Source of the DNA: a virus
Taxonomy: Duplodnaviria > Caudoviricetes
Strand: one strand, 5' to 3'
Length of the DNA: 44,317 bases
Virus record (IMG/VR): IMGVR_UViG_3300036376_000012
Span: 1-44,317 of that record
Part shown: positions 8,562-17,203 of the stretch, one piece after another
Layout: each line of letters begins with the position of its first letter
Numbering within the stretch: the first letter of the stretch is position 1
Notes under the pieces: generated by a model
Databases searched by the model: none
Seen by the model: the letters and a program-made list of their open reading frames with translations, nothing else
Told to the model about the DNA's origin: nothing
Made by a program: the position numbers and the translations under genes

Positions 8562-8963
8562 CAGCGGGTGGACAACGCCGCGAACGCCCCCCGTCCCCCG
8601 CTGCGGCTTGCGCCGGACATGGTCAGCCGCAAGCTGCAGGTGCTGCACTTCGTCGAGCATTATTACGCGCTGCACAAGGTGGGGCCGTCGCTGGGTGAGA
8701 TCGCCGCGGCGCTGCAGACCAACCGCACCCGGGTGCAGGACGCGCTGCGCAAGCTGGCGAGCGAGCGCCGCATCCACCGGGTGCCCGGGGCGCGGCGCGG
8801 CATCCGGCCGATCAACGCCTTCGAGGATGCGGTGCGGCAGCTGGAGGCCGCCGGCTACATCGTATGGTCGCAGACGATGCACGTCTTTCCGCCGGCGACC
8901 GTTACAAATACGGGACTGATCCCGGCGCCCGATCTCGACCATGATCCCGATGCGGACGGGTGA
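8556..8963 (+). CDS. LexA-like winged-HTH DNA-binding protein (no protease domain)
   Basis: SRKLQVLHFVEHYYALHKVGPSLGEIAAAL...VQDALRKLASERRIHRVPGARRGI matches the LexA N-domain pattern; start uncertain (8556 or 8568). Confidence 0.8.
   Translation: MFQRVDNAANAPRPPLRLAPDMVSRKLQVLHFVEHYYALHKVGPSLGEIAAALQTNRTRVQDALRKLASERRIHRVPGARRGIRPINAFEDAVRQLEAAGYIVWSQTMHVFPPATVTNTGLIPAPDLDHDPDADG
8899..8918 (+). repeat. 20-bp regulatory repeat, copy 1
   Basis: CCGTTACAAATACGGGACTG; 18/20 identical to 9654-9673. Confidence 0.75.
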
Positions 8964-8981
8964 GCGGAGGCGGTGGGCAGC

Positions 8982-9644
8982 ATGACGACAGAGAGTTTTC
9001 CGGCGGAGACCGGCGCGGCGCCGCGCGGCGACGCCCGGGCGGCGCGCCGCCAACAGGCGCTGCACCAGGCGCAGACGCAGCGCGCCTGGGCGGCGCGGCA
9101 TCCGCAACTGGCGGCCGACGAAAAAGCGATCCGCAAGGGGCGCCGCGCCGCGATCGCGCGTTGGGGACACAAGGCCAACGGCACGATCGAGACGCACGAC
9201 CATGCGAGCCAGGTGCGCCAGGGCGCGCTGGCGCGGCTGTACCAATCGGGCGCGATCGACGCGCACCAGCTCGCTTATGGCGCGCAGATCGCGGCGATCG
9301 CGGAGCGGATCGCCGGCGACGTGATGGTGCGCACCGCCAGCCTCGAGACGCGCGTCGACAGCTCGCGCCATCATGACGCGTTCTTCGAATCGCTCGGCGC
9401 GGTGTGGAACGAGGTCGCCTATTCGCGGTGGCGCGCGGCCTTGGGCGCGGGCGCGGCGTGCATCCTCGACATCATCGTGCGCGACGTCGGGATCGGCGCG
9501 GCGGCGCGGCGGCACCGGACGCACGCGCGCCGGGTGCGGGCGCAGCTGATCGCGGCGCTCGACCTCTGGGACAAGATCCACGGCGAGGTGCGGCGCGAGA
9601 TCGACCCCGCCACGGTCGCCGCCGCGCACGCCGGGATCCTCTAA
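8982..9644 (+). CDS. Probable late-gene activator/antiterminator (DUF6456 / GafA-GafZ-like)
   Basis: LARLYQSGAIDAHQLAYG motif and C-terminal sigma4-like HTH (ILDIIVRDVGIGAAARRHR...LIAALDL); lambda Q-like position before the late genes. Confidence 0.6.
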   Translation: MTTESFPAETGAAPRGDARAARRQQALHQAQTQRAWAARHPQLAADEKAIRKGRRAAIARWGHKANGTIETHDHASQVRQGALARLYQSGAIDAHQLAYGAQIAAIAERIAGDVMVRTASLETRVDSSRHHDAFFESLGAVWNEVAYSRWRAALGAGAACILDIIVRDVGIGAAARRHRTHARRVRAQLIAALDLWDKIHGEVRREIDPATVAAAHAGIL

Positions 9645-9653
9645 AAAGAGGCG

Positions 9654-9673
9654 CCGTTACAAAAACGAGACTG
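9654..9673 (+). repeat. 20-bp regulatory repeat, copy 2 (late promoter region)
   Basis: CCGTTACAAAAACGAGACTG, intergenic, upstream of the late operon. Confidence 0.75.
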
Positions 9674-9749
9674 GCGAAATGGCCACGGAGCGGGCAAACC
9701 GACCCCGCCACAATTGCGCCCACAGGGGCGCCACCGTTGCCCTTCCCCG

Positions 9750-9786
9750 GCCCGCCGCTCCTCCCAGCGGCGGGCTTTCATCGTTT
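9750..9786 (+). terminator. Late-leader terminator-like hairpin
   Basis: GCCCGCCGCT-cctccc-AGCGGCGGGC followed by TTTCATCGTTT. Confidence 0.6.
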
Positions 9787-9796
9787 CTGGAGGCCC

Positions 9797-10081
9797 ATGC
9801 CCCAGCCCAGCCCAGCCGCATCGCGCGGCGGCCGCCGCGTCCGCGCGACGCCGGTCCGGCCCGCCATCGTCGATCAGCTCGAGACGCCACGCGACGCACT
9901 CGACCGCCTGATCCACGACATGCGGCTGGGCACCCCTTCCCAGCGCGTCCACGATGATTTCGAGGAGCGCGCGCAGCAGATCGCGGCCGCGATTGTCACG
10001 CCGTTTCGCGGCGCCGCCGCGCCCGTCGCCCAGCCCCTTCATGTCGAAAGGAACGGCAGCCGTGCCTCAGCCTGGTTCTGA
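9797..10081 (+). CDS. Hypothetical protein
   Basis: GGAGG RBS then ATG 9797; 94 aa. Confidence 0.65.
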   Translation: MPQPSPAASRGGRRVRATPVRPAIVDQLETPRDALDRLIHDMRLGTPSQRVHDDFEERAQQIAAAIVTPFRGAAAPVAQPLHVERNGSRASAWF

Positions 10082-10229
10082 CCATCCGGCCGACCGCGTC
10101 CGGCTCGACGCGATCGGGCCGCTGCTCGACGGCGCGCCCGACGATCAGGTCCGCGTCACGCGGCGCTGGCTGCGCGCGGTCGAGCGCGAGCTCGCCTGGT
10201 ATCGCGCCCATTCCCGGCCCGCATCATGA
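10062..10229 (+). CDS. Hypothetical protein (55 aa)
   Basis: AAAGGA RBS, GTG start, ATGA overlap with the next gene. Confidence 0.55.
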   Translation: MPQPGSDHPADRVRLDAIGPLLDGAPDDQVRVTRRWLRAVERELAWYRAHSRPAS

Positions 10230-10870
10230 GTGATCCGAGCGAGTTGCCGGCCGGCCGGCGCGACATCGACGGGCAGATTTACTGGACCAACGCCGATGGC
10301 GGGCTGATCCCCGATGGCGCGGTCAAGTCGATCGACAAGCTGCAGGACGAGCTGGTCCGCAAGATCGTCGGCTTCGCGCTTCCGCTGTCGGCGCAGGTGG
10401 CGCGCTTTCGCCACCACAGTTTCGACGATGTCGACGCCTTCGTCGCGCTGATCGAGCAGGAATATCAGGCCCGCCGCGGCGGCGCCAAGGGCAACCTCAC
10501 CTTCACCTCGTATGACGGCCTGCTCAAGGTGGTGGTGCAGGTGTCGGAGACGATCCTGTTCGGGCCCGAGCTGCAGGTCGCCAAGGGCATCGTCGACGAG
10601 TGCCTGCGCGAATGGTCGGCCGACAGCCGGATCGAGATCCGCGCCATCATCAACCGCGCCTTCGACGTGGACAGCCAGGGCCGCATCAACCGCGCGGACC
10701 TCTTCTCGCTCCTGCGCCTGGAGATCGCGGACGCACGGTGGCAGCAGGCCATGCAGGCCATCCGCGACAGCATCCGTGTGGTCGGGTCCAAGCGCTACAT
10801 CCGCCTCTATCGCCGAGACACCGCGCAAGGCGCATGGCAACCGATCACGATCGACGTGTCCGCCACATGA
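10226..10870 (+). CDS. DUF3164-family protein
   Basis: IDKLQDELVRKI...EQEY..RRGGAKGNLTFTSYDG...FGPELQVAK..VDECLREWS...WQQAMQAIRDSIRVVGSKRYIRLY. Confidence 0.85.
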   Translation: MSDPSELPAGRRDIDGQIYWTNADGGLIPDGAVKSIDKLQDELVRKIVGFALPLSAQVARFRHHSFDDVDAFVALIEQEYQARRGGAKGNLTFTSYDGLLKVVVQVSETILFGPELQVAKGIVDECLREWSADSRIEIRAIINRAFDVDSQGRINRADLFSLLRLEIADARWQQAMQAIRDSIRVVGSKRYIRLYRRDTAQGAWQPITIDVSAT

Positions 10871-11181
10871 CCGTCCATGTCGTCGCCGGCGAGCGGCTGA
10901 AGCGAGGGCTGCGCCGGTCGGCCGACGAGGCGGAGCTGGTGATGTGCGAGGTGAGCGAGGTCTCCAAGCCCTGGCACAGCTGCAGCTTCGTCGGCGGGCT
11001 GCACGAGGTCCGCTTCACGATGGTGGCCGGCGAGAGCGCCCGCGCCTGGATCGGCGGACTGGACGAGTATGAGGTCAGCGTGCCGGGCTTCGTGCTGGCG
11101 TCGCTCGAAGCGAGCTCCGTGGTGGAAGCCGACGGCAGGTTCGACATCACTGTCGACGCACTGACGATCGCCGAGGCCTGA
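10867..11181 (+). CDS. Hypothetical protein
   Basis: 104 aa, coupled on both sides (ATGA, TGATG). Confidence 0.7.
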   Translation: MTVHVVAGERLKRGLRRSADEAELVMCEVSEVSKPWHSCSFVGGLHEVRFTMVAGESARAWIGGLDEYEVSVPGFVLASLEASSVVEADGRFDITVDALTIAEA

Positions 11182-11513
11182 TGCCGACGCAGCCGCCGCG
11201 GTTTCGTCCGCGCGGCTGGAAGGCGCCGGCGCCCTGGGCGACCTCGGCCGGCAAGACGCGGCAGCAGCGCGGCTATGGCAGCGAACACGACGCACTGCGC
11301 AAGCAGGTGCTCATCGAGGAGCCCTACTGCGCCGAGTGCATCCGCCTCGGCATCGCGCCGCCGGCGCGTACGTCGGTCGCCGATCACATCGTGCCGCAGG
11401 CCGAAGGCGGGCAGACCGTGCGGTCGAACTACCAAGGCCTGTGCACCCCGCACAGCAGGGCGAAGACCGCGAAGGAGTCGGCGCGGGCGCGGCGGCGGTC
11501 GCGGACGCCCTGA
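11181..11513 (+). CDS. Packaging-associated HNH endonuclease
   Basis: RGYG...EEPYCAEC...VADHIVPQAEGG...NYQGLC..H..KT immediately upstream of terS. Confidence 0.9.
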   Translation: MPTQPPRFRPRGWKAPAPWATSAGKTRQQRGYGSEHDALRKQVLIEEPYCAECIRLGIAPPARTSVADHIVPQAEGGQTVRSNYQGLCTPHSRAKTAKESARARRRSRTP

Positions 11514-11626
11514 TCGGCCGGCCCGGGGGGGGAGGGCCGAAAACACCCACCCCGGCGGGGCTGGACCGTCACCCCGACAAGATTTTCGCGCGGTCAAAAT
11601 CAAAAGGTAAAAAGGTTGGGGGTCGG
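11514..11626. other. Probable cos/packaging region
   Basis: Intergenic between HNH and terS, with a G8 run (11525-11532) and A tracts; position typical of cos phages; cut site not resolvable by eye. Confidence 0.5.
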
Positions 11627-12139
11627 ATGGCGCGTGGTGGTCCCCGGTCAGGCGCAGGCCGCAAGCGCAAGGACCCCCAGCTCAAGCTCGTGACCGGCAC
11701 CTACCGGCCCGATCGCGACGCCAAGGTCAACGAGGACGTTCCGCTGGCGCCGATGACGGCGCCGATCCACCTGTCCGAGATCGCGCGCCAGTACTTCAGC
11801 GACATCGCCGGCATGCTCGAAGCGCAGAAGCGGTCGAGTCCGCATTATGCCGAGCACGTCGCGCTGCTCGCACAGCGCCTCGAGCAGATCGCCATGTTCC
11901 AGGCCGTCATCGAGACCGAAGGCTGTACCTTCACGACGGAGACGGTCGCGCAGTCGAAAGACGGTAAGGTCGCGACCGTCAAGGTGATGAAGCGCGGCCA
12001 TCCCGCGGTGGCGATGCTCTCCGACGCCATGCGCCACGCACAGTCACTGCTCGGTGAGCTCATGCTCAACCCGTCTGCAGCGCTCAAGATGGCGAGCGGC
12101 CATAAGGCGCAGGACGACAACGAGTTCGGCGATTTCTGA
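11627..12139 (+). CDS. terS: Terminase small subunit (P27 family)
   Basis: MARGGPRSGAGRKRK...APIHLS...HPAVAMLSDA...ELMLNPSA. Confidence 0.88.
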   Translation: MARGGPRSGAGRKRKDPQLKLVTGTYRPDRDAKVNEDVPLAPMTAPIHLSEIARQYFSDIAGMLEAQKRSSPHYAEHVALLAQRLEQIAMFQAVIETEGCTFTTETVAQSKDGKVATVKVMKRGHPAVAMLSDAMRHAQSLLGELMLNPSAALKMASGHKAQDDNEFGDF

Positions 12140-12140
12140 T

Positions 12141-13913
12141 GTGGGGGAGGTTCGTGACTATCCGGCAATAGCCCGGAAATACGCCGCCGACGTTCTTTCG
12201 GGAAAGATCCCCGCCGGTCTTTCGATCCGGCTGCAGTGCAGGCGCTTCGTCGACGAGCTGAAGCTCGGCAAGTCCCGGATCGCCAGCTTCCCCTTTACGT
12301 TCGACGCCGAGAAGGCGGCCAGGCCCTGCCGCTTCATCGAGAAGCTGCCGCACTCGAAGGGCAAATGGGCCCGCTCGAAGGAGCGCCTGGTTCTCGAGCC
12401 ATGGCAGATCTGGACGATCTGCCTCACGTTCGGCTGGGTTTACAGGTCGGGGCCGAGGAAGGGGCTGCGCCGGTTCCGGCGGCTGTTCCTTGTCGTGCCG
12501 CGCAAGAACGGCAAGTCGGCCATTTCGGCGGGCGTCGGCCTATACATGCTCTGCGCGGACAACGAATTCGGCGCCGAGGTCTATTCGGGGGCGACAAACG
12601 AAAAGCAGGCGTGGGAGGTCTTCAAGCCCGCCCGCCTGATGGTCGATCGAACGCCGGCGCTGAAAAAGCATTTCGGGCTCGAGCTCACCGCCAAAACGAT
12701 CGCCAAGCTGGCGGATGGCTCAAAGTTCGAGACGATCGTCGGCGATCCTGGCGACGGGCAGTCGCCCAGCTGCTCGATCCACGACGAGTATCACGAGCAC
12801 GCCGACGACGCCCAGATCGATACCATGGTCACGGGCATGGGCGCCCGCGACCAGCCGCTGCAGCTGCTGATCACCACCGCCGGCGATAACTTGGCCGGCC
12901 CGTGCTACGCCTTGATCCAGGAAGAGCGGAAGAAGCTCGCCGGAATCGGGCACAACGGCGGCCCGCCGCTCGACGACGAGACGCTATTCGTCGAGTTCGC
13001 GATCGACGAGGGCGACGACTGGAAGTCGGAAGCCGCGCTGCGCAAGGCCAATCCGAACGCTGACGTGTCGGTGTCCCTGGACTTTCTCCGGGCCCGGCAG
13101 CGCGACGCGATCGCGACGCCGCGCAAGGCCGGCGTCTTCAAGACCAAGCATCTCAACATGTGGGTCAGCGCCAAAGCTGCCTACTTCGACGTCGAGGCGT
13201 GGCGGCGGTGCGCGGATCCCGAGGTCCCGGCGCGGGCGGTCGAGGCGCTGGCGCTGGAGTGGCTGCGCGGCCGTCGCGCGATCCTCGGCCTCGACCTGGC
13301 GTCGAAGGTCGATATCGCCGCGCTCGAGTATCTGATCCTGCCGATCGGCGAGCAGGCAACGAGAGACGATCCGTACATCCGGCTGGGGCGCTACTTTCTC
13401 CCGGCCGACACCGTAGCGGACGTTCCGGCCTATCAGGGCTGGGACGCGCAGGAGCTGCTCGATGTCACGGTCGGCAACATCGTCGACTATGACGAAATCG
13501 AGACCGCGGTCGAGGAGGCGACGGAGATCCTGCAGGTGGAGTGGGTCTGCTACGACCCGTTCCAGGCGACGCAGCTTTCGACCCGGCTCCAGAAGCGCGG
13601 CGTGCCGGTGCTCGAATATCGCCCGACGGTGCTCAATTTCAGCGAGCCGATGAAGGAACTGGACGCGCTGATGCGCTCCCGCCGGATCATCCATGGCGGC
13701 GACGCCGTGATGGAATGGGAAATCTCCAACGTCGTCGGCGCGCCGGACAAGAAAGACAACGTCTACCCCAACAAGCCGGAGGGGCAGCCGCATCTCAAGA
13801 TCGACAACCCGGTCGCGCTGATGAGCGCGCTCGGCCAGGCCATGGGCGAGGAGAAGGAAGACGTGCCGACTTCTCCCTGGGATGACCCCAACTACAGCAT
13901 GGCGGGCGCTTGA
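12141..13913 (+). CDS. terL: Terminase large subunit
   Basis: LEPWQ, Walker A VPRKNGKS, Walker B IHDEYHEH, ITTAG, nuclease GLDLAS and KIDNPVAL. Confidence 0.97.
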   Translation: MGEVRDYPAIARKYAADVLSGKIPAGLSIRLQCRRFVDELKLGKSRIASFPFTFDAEKAARPCRFIEKLPHSKGKWARSKERLVLEPWQIWTICLTFGWVYRSGPRKGLRRFRRLFLVVPRKNGKSAISAGVGLYMLCADNEFGAEVYSGATNEKQAWEVFKPARLMVDRTPALKKHFGLELTAKTIAKLADGSKFETIVGDPGDGQSPSCSIHDEYHEHADDAQIDTMVTGMGARDQPLQLLITTAGDNLAGPCYALIQEERKKLAGIGHNGGPPLDDETLFVEFAIDEGDDWKSEAALRKANPNADVSVSLDFLRARQRDAIATPRKAGVFKTKHLNMWVSAKAAYFDVEAWRRCADPEVPARAVEALALEWLRGRRAILGLDLASKVDIAALEYLILPIGEQATRDDPYIRLGRYFLPADTVADVPAYQGWDAQELLDVTVGNIVDYDEIETAVEEATEILQVEWVCYDPFQATQLSTRLQKRGVPVLEYRPTVLNFSEPMKELDALMRSRRIIHGGDAVMEWEISNVVGAPDKKDNVYPNKPEGQPHLKIDNPVALMSALGQAMGEEKEDVPTSPWDDPNYSMAGA

Positions 13914-15175
13914 TGGGCCTTTTTTCGCGCATGTTCGGGCGTGAAGAGCGCTCGCTCGAGAACCCCTCCGTTTCCCTGGCGAACAGCTCGCCCGAAGACC
14001 TGCTCGCCTTTTTCGGCGTGGTCGGCGGTGACAATCAGCTGCCGCTGGTCACCGTCGAGACCGCGCTCGAGGTGCCCGCGGTGTCCGATGCCGTCGGCTT
14101 TCTCTCCCGCACGCTCGCCAGCGTTCCGCTGCACAGCTATCGCAAGGCCGGCGAGGAGACCAAGCGGCAGGACGGCGAGCTGCAGATGCTGCTCAACGAG
14201 GCGCCGAACCCGGCCTGGTCGAGCTACGGCTGGCGCAAGTACATGTGGCAGCAGGTTTTTACCGGTGGCCGCGGTCTCACATGGATCGAACGGGCCGGAT
14301 CGAAGGTCGTGGGCCTCTGGCCGATGGACCCGACGCGCACCACGATCCGATTTTCGGCGGGGCTGAAGCGCTATCAGATCGGCGGCAACGAGTATCCGGC
14401 GACCGATGTGATCGACGTCCCCTGGATGCTCAAAGCCAACCAGCTCGACGCGTGGAGCCCGATCTACAAGCACAAGAAGGCGATCGGCCTCGCGCTCGCG
14501 ATGAACAATTTCGCCGGCACCTTCTTCGCCGGCGGCGGCGTGCCCCCATTGTCGCTCGAAGGGCCGATGCCGCAGGGCGTCGAGGCGTTCAAGCGCGCGC
14601 AGGCGGACATCAAGCGCGCGATCGACATGGCGAAGAAGGCGGGCGCGCCGTTCTTCGGCATGCCGCCAGGTCATGCGCTTAAACCGATCGGCATCGACCC
14701 CGACAAGGGCCAGATGACCGAGGCGCGGCTGTTCCAGATCCAGGAGATCGCGCGCATCTTCGGACTGCCGCCAGCCTTCCTGCAGGATCTCTCGAAAGGG
14801 ACGTTCGCCAACACCGAGCAGCAGGATCTGCAGCTTGTGAAGCATTGCGTGGCGCAATGGGCCAAGGATTTCGAGGACGAGCTCAATCTCAAGCTGTTCG
14901 GCCAACGCCGGCGGTCGCAGTTCGTCGAGCACAGCCTCGACGGCCTGATGCGCGGCGACCTGAAGTCGCGCATCGAGGCGATCGCCCGCGGCATCCAGAC
15001 CGCGCAGCTCACGCCCGACGAAGCGCGCGCGCTCGAGAACAGGCCGCCGAAGCCCGAGGGCGACAAGCTCTACATCCAGGGAGCGACGGTGCCGCTCGGC
15101 ACGCAACCGCTCCTCAAACCGCCCGCCGATCCGCAGGGAGACCCACAAGATGCCGGCACCCAGGCCCAAAACTGA
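13913..15175 (+). CDS. HK97-family portal protein
   Basis: LLNEAPNP, EIARIFGLPP, NTEQQ, LMRGDLKSR, TPDEARALENRPP motifs. Confidence 0.95.
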   Translation: MGLFSRMFGREERSLENPSVSLANSSPEDLLAFFGVVGGDNQLPLVTVETALEVPAVSDAVGFLSRTLASVPLHSYRKAGEETKRQDGELQMLLNEAPNPAWSSYGWRKYMWQQVFTGGRGLTWIERAGSKVVGLWPMDPTRTTIRFSAGLKRYQIGGNEYPATDVIDVPWMLKANQLDAWSPIYKHKKAIGLALAMNNFAGTFFAGGGVPPLSLEGPMPQGVEAFKRAQADIKRAIDMAKKAGAPFFGMPPGHALKPIGIDPDKGQMTEARLFQIQEIARIFGLPPAFLQDLSKGTFANTEQQDLQLVKHCVAQWAKDFEDELNLKLFGQRRRSQFVEHSLDGLMRGDLKSRIEAIARGIQTAQLTPDEARALENRPPKPEGDKLYIQGATVPLGTQPLLKPPADPQGDPQDAGTQAQN

Positions 15176-15767
15176 CGATCGCGAGTTCCGCGCCGTCGCG
15201 CGTGGCGTCGAGACGCGCGCCGCGTCGGCCGAGGGGCTGCCAACGGCGCATGGCTATGCCGCGCTGTTCAACAGCGAGACCGACATCGGCGGATATTGGC
15301 GCGAGCAGTTCGCGCCTGGCGCCTTTACCCGGAGCCTCGCCGAGCGCGACGTCATCGCGGTCCACAGCCACGACACGGGCCGCGTCGTCGGCCGGATCGG
15401 CGCCGGCACGCTGACCCTGCGCGAGGACGAAACGGGCCTAGCGTTCGAAAACCCCCTGCCCGATACGTCCGACGGCCGCGACCTCGCGGTCCAGATCGCG
15501 CGCGGCGATATCGCCGGCATGTCGTTCGCCTTCAGGGCGCGCAAGGAGGAGTGGGACGAGACCATCGATCCGCCGCGCCGTACCGTGCTCGAGGCCGATC
15601 TGTACGAGATCACCTACACGCCGATGCCCGCCTATGACGACACCAGCGTCGGGCTTCGATCGCTCGAGCATGCACGTGCCGAGCGGGTAACGGAGGTTGC
15701 TCCGACCATGAGCATCGAAGCGCGGCGCGCGCGCCAGGCCCAGATCGAGCGCGGCATCCGCAACTAG
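15150..15767 (+). CDS. HK97-family prohead protease
   Basis: GYAALFNS...EQFAPGAF...HSHD...RGDIAGMSFAF...LYEITYTPMPAY. Confidence 0.95.
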   Translation: MPAPRPKTDDREFRAVARGVETRAASAEGLPTAHGYAALFNSETDIGGYWREQFAPGAFTRSLAERDVIAVHSHDTGRVVGRIGAGTLTLREDETGLAFENPLPDTSDGRDLAVQIARGDIAGMSFAFRARKEEWDETIDPPRRTVLEADLYEITYTPMPAYDDTSVGLRSLEHARAERVTEVAPTMSIEARRARQAQIERGIRN

Positions 15768-15817
15768 ACCCCGGCCAAGCCGGTACCGGCAGGCAAGCAC
15801 CCGCTTCCCGCCTTTTC

Positions 15818-15839
15818 GCCCGCCTCCGGCGGGCTTTTT
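15818..15839 (+). terminator. Intra-operon terminator hairpin before the capsid gene
   Basis: GCCCGCC-tcc-GGCGGGC-TTTTT. Confidence 0.65.
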
Positions 15840-15858
15840 CGTGTCCCAGGAGTACGAC

Positions 15859-17139
15859 ATGCCCACATTGACCGAACTGCAGGAGAAGCGGGGCCGGCTG
15901 GTAACCGAGGCCCGCTCCGCTCTCGAGGAGATCAACACCAACACCGACGACAGCCGTCGTACCGAGCTCGAGCAGCGCCATGACGCGATCATGGCGAATT
16001 TCGATCAGGTCGAGGCCGATATCGCCCGCGAGGAGCGCACGGCCAAGATCGAGAGCGATGAGGCCGAGCGCCGGGCCAAGAAGCGCCCGCTGCAGCCCGA
16101 CGCGGAGAGCCGGCAGGACGGTCGGGACGGTCGGGACGGGCAGGACGACGCCCTCGAGACCGAATATCGCAGCGCGTTCGACGCCTTTCTGCGCGCCGGC
16201 TGCGACATTGCCGCGCTCGAGAACGAACAGCGCGACCTTCTGCGCCGCGGGCATCAGGAGCTTCGTGTCCAGACCGCCGGCACCTCGGCCGCCGGCGGCT
16301 ATACCGTGCCCAAGGACATGTCCAACCAGATCGTGCAGGTCATGAAGGACTGGGGTCCGATGTATGACGAAGCGATCGTCACGGTCATCAACACCGGCAG
16401 CGGCAACGAGTTCGACATTCCGACGAACGACGACACCGGCAACTCGGCGTCGTCGCTCGCGGAAGGGGCCGACATCGTCGATGACAACAGCGGCGATATG
16501 GTGTTCGGCCAGGCCCGCCTCGACGCTTACGTCGACGCGACGCCTTGGGTGAAGATCAGCTTCGAGCTGATGCAGGACACGATGTTTGACCTGACGTCGT
16601 TCATTTCCACCGCGCTCGGCGAGCGGCTCGGCCGCCGCGGCAACAACAAGCTTACCGTGGGCACCGGCGTTTCGCAGCCCAACGGGATCGTGACGGGCTC
16701 TTCGCTCGGCAAGACGGCCGCTTCGAGCACCGCCATCGCGCCCGACGAGCTGATCGAGTTCCAGCACTCGGTCAACGCGGCCTATCGCCGCAGCCCGAAG
16801 GCGCGCTGGATGTTCGCCGACACCACCCTGCTCGCGATCCGCAAGATGAAGGACGGCCAGGGCAATTATTTGTGGCAGATGGGCGACATCCGCATCGGCG
16901 CGCCATCGCTGCTGCTCGAAAAGCCCTATTCGATCAACGACGACATGCCGGCGATCGCGACCGGCAACAAGGCGGTGCTGTTCGGCGATTTCAGCCGCTA
17001 CTGGGTGCGCAAGGTCGGCAATCCTCTCATTGGCAATGTGCGTGAGCGCTTCTGGCCGAAGATCGGCCTTGCCGGCCTGATCCGTTATGACGGCGAGATC
17101 GTCGATCAGAACGCGATCAAGCATCTGAAGCTGGCCTGA
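15859..17139 (+). CDS. Major capsid protein (HK97 fold with delta domain)
   Basis: N-terminal coiled coil, AGGYTVP, ISFELMQD, GTGVSQPNGI, MKDGQGNYLW, VLFGDFSRY. Confidence 0.97.
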   Translation: MPTLTELQEKRGRLVTEARSALEEINTNTDDSRRTELEQRHDAIMANFDQVEADIAREERTAKIESDEAERRAKKRPLQPDAESRQDGRDGRDGQDDALETEYRSAFDAFLRAGCDIAALENEQRDLLRRGHQELRVQTAGTSAAGGYTVPKDMSNQIVQVMKDWGPMYDEAIVTVINTGSGNEFDIPTNDDTGNSASSLAEGADIVDDNSGDMVFGQARLDAYVDATPWVKISFELMQDTMFDLTSFISTALGERLGRRGNNKLTVGTGVSQPNGIVTGSSLGKTAASSTAIAPDELIEFQHSVNAAYRRSPKARWMFADTTLLAIRKMKDGQGNYLWQMGDIRIGAPSLLLEKPYSINDDMPAIATGNKAVLFGDFSRYWVRKVGNPLIGNVRERFWPKIGLAGLIRYDGEIVDQNAIKHLKLA

Positions 17140-17153
17140 GCCCGCTTACCCTT

Positions 17154-17189
17154 CGCCGGCGCGGCCAGGCCGCGCCGGCGTCCTCTTTT
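17154..17189 (+). terminator. Terminator after the capsid gene
   Basis: 12-bp stem CGCCGGCGCGGC-cag-GCCGCGCCGGCG then TCCTCTTTT. Confidence 0.6.
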
Positions 17190-17203
17190 CAGCGGAGGCC
17201 TTG

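Noticed and set aside
16111-16149. 9-bp repeats in the capsid gene (QDGRDGRDGQD)
   Set aside because: Short in-frame linker expansion in the delta domain; not CRISPR-like or regulatory
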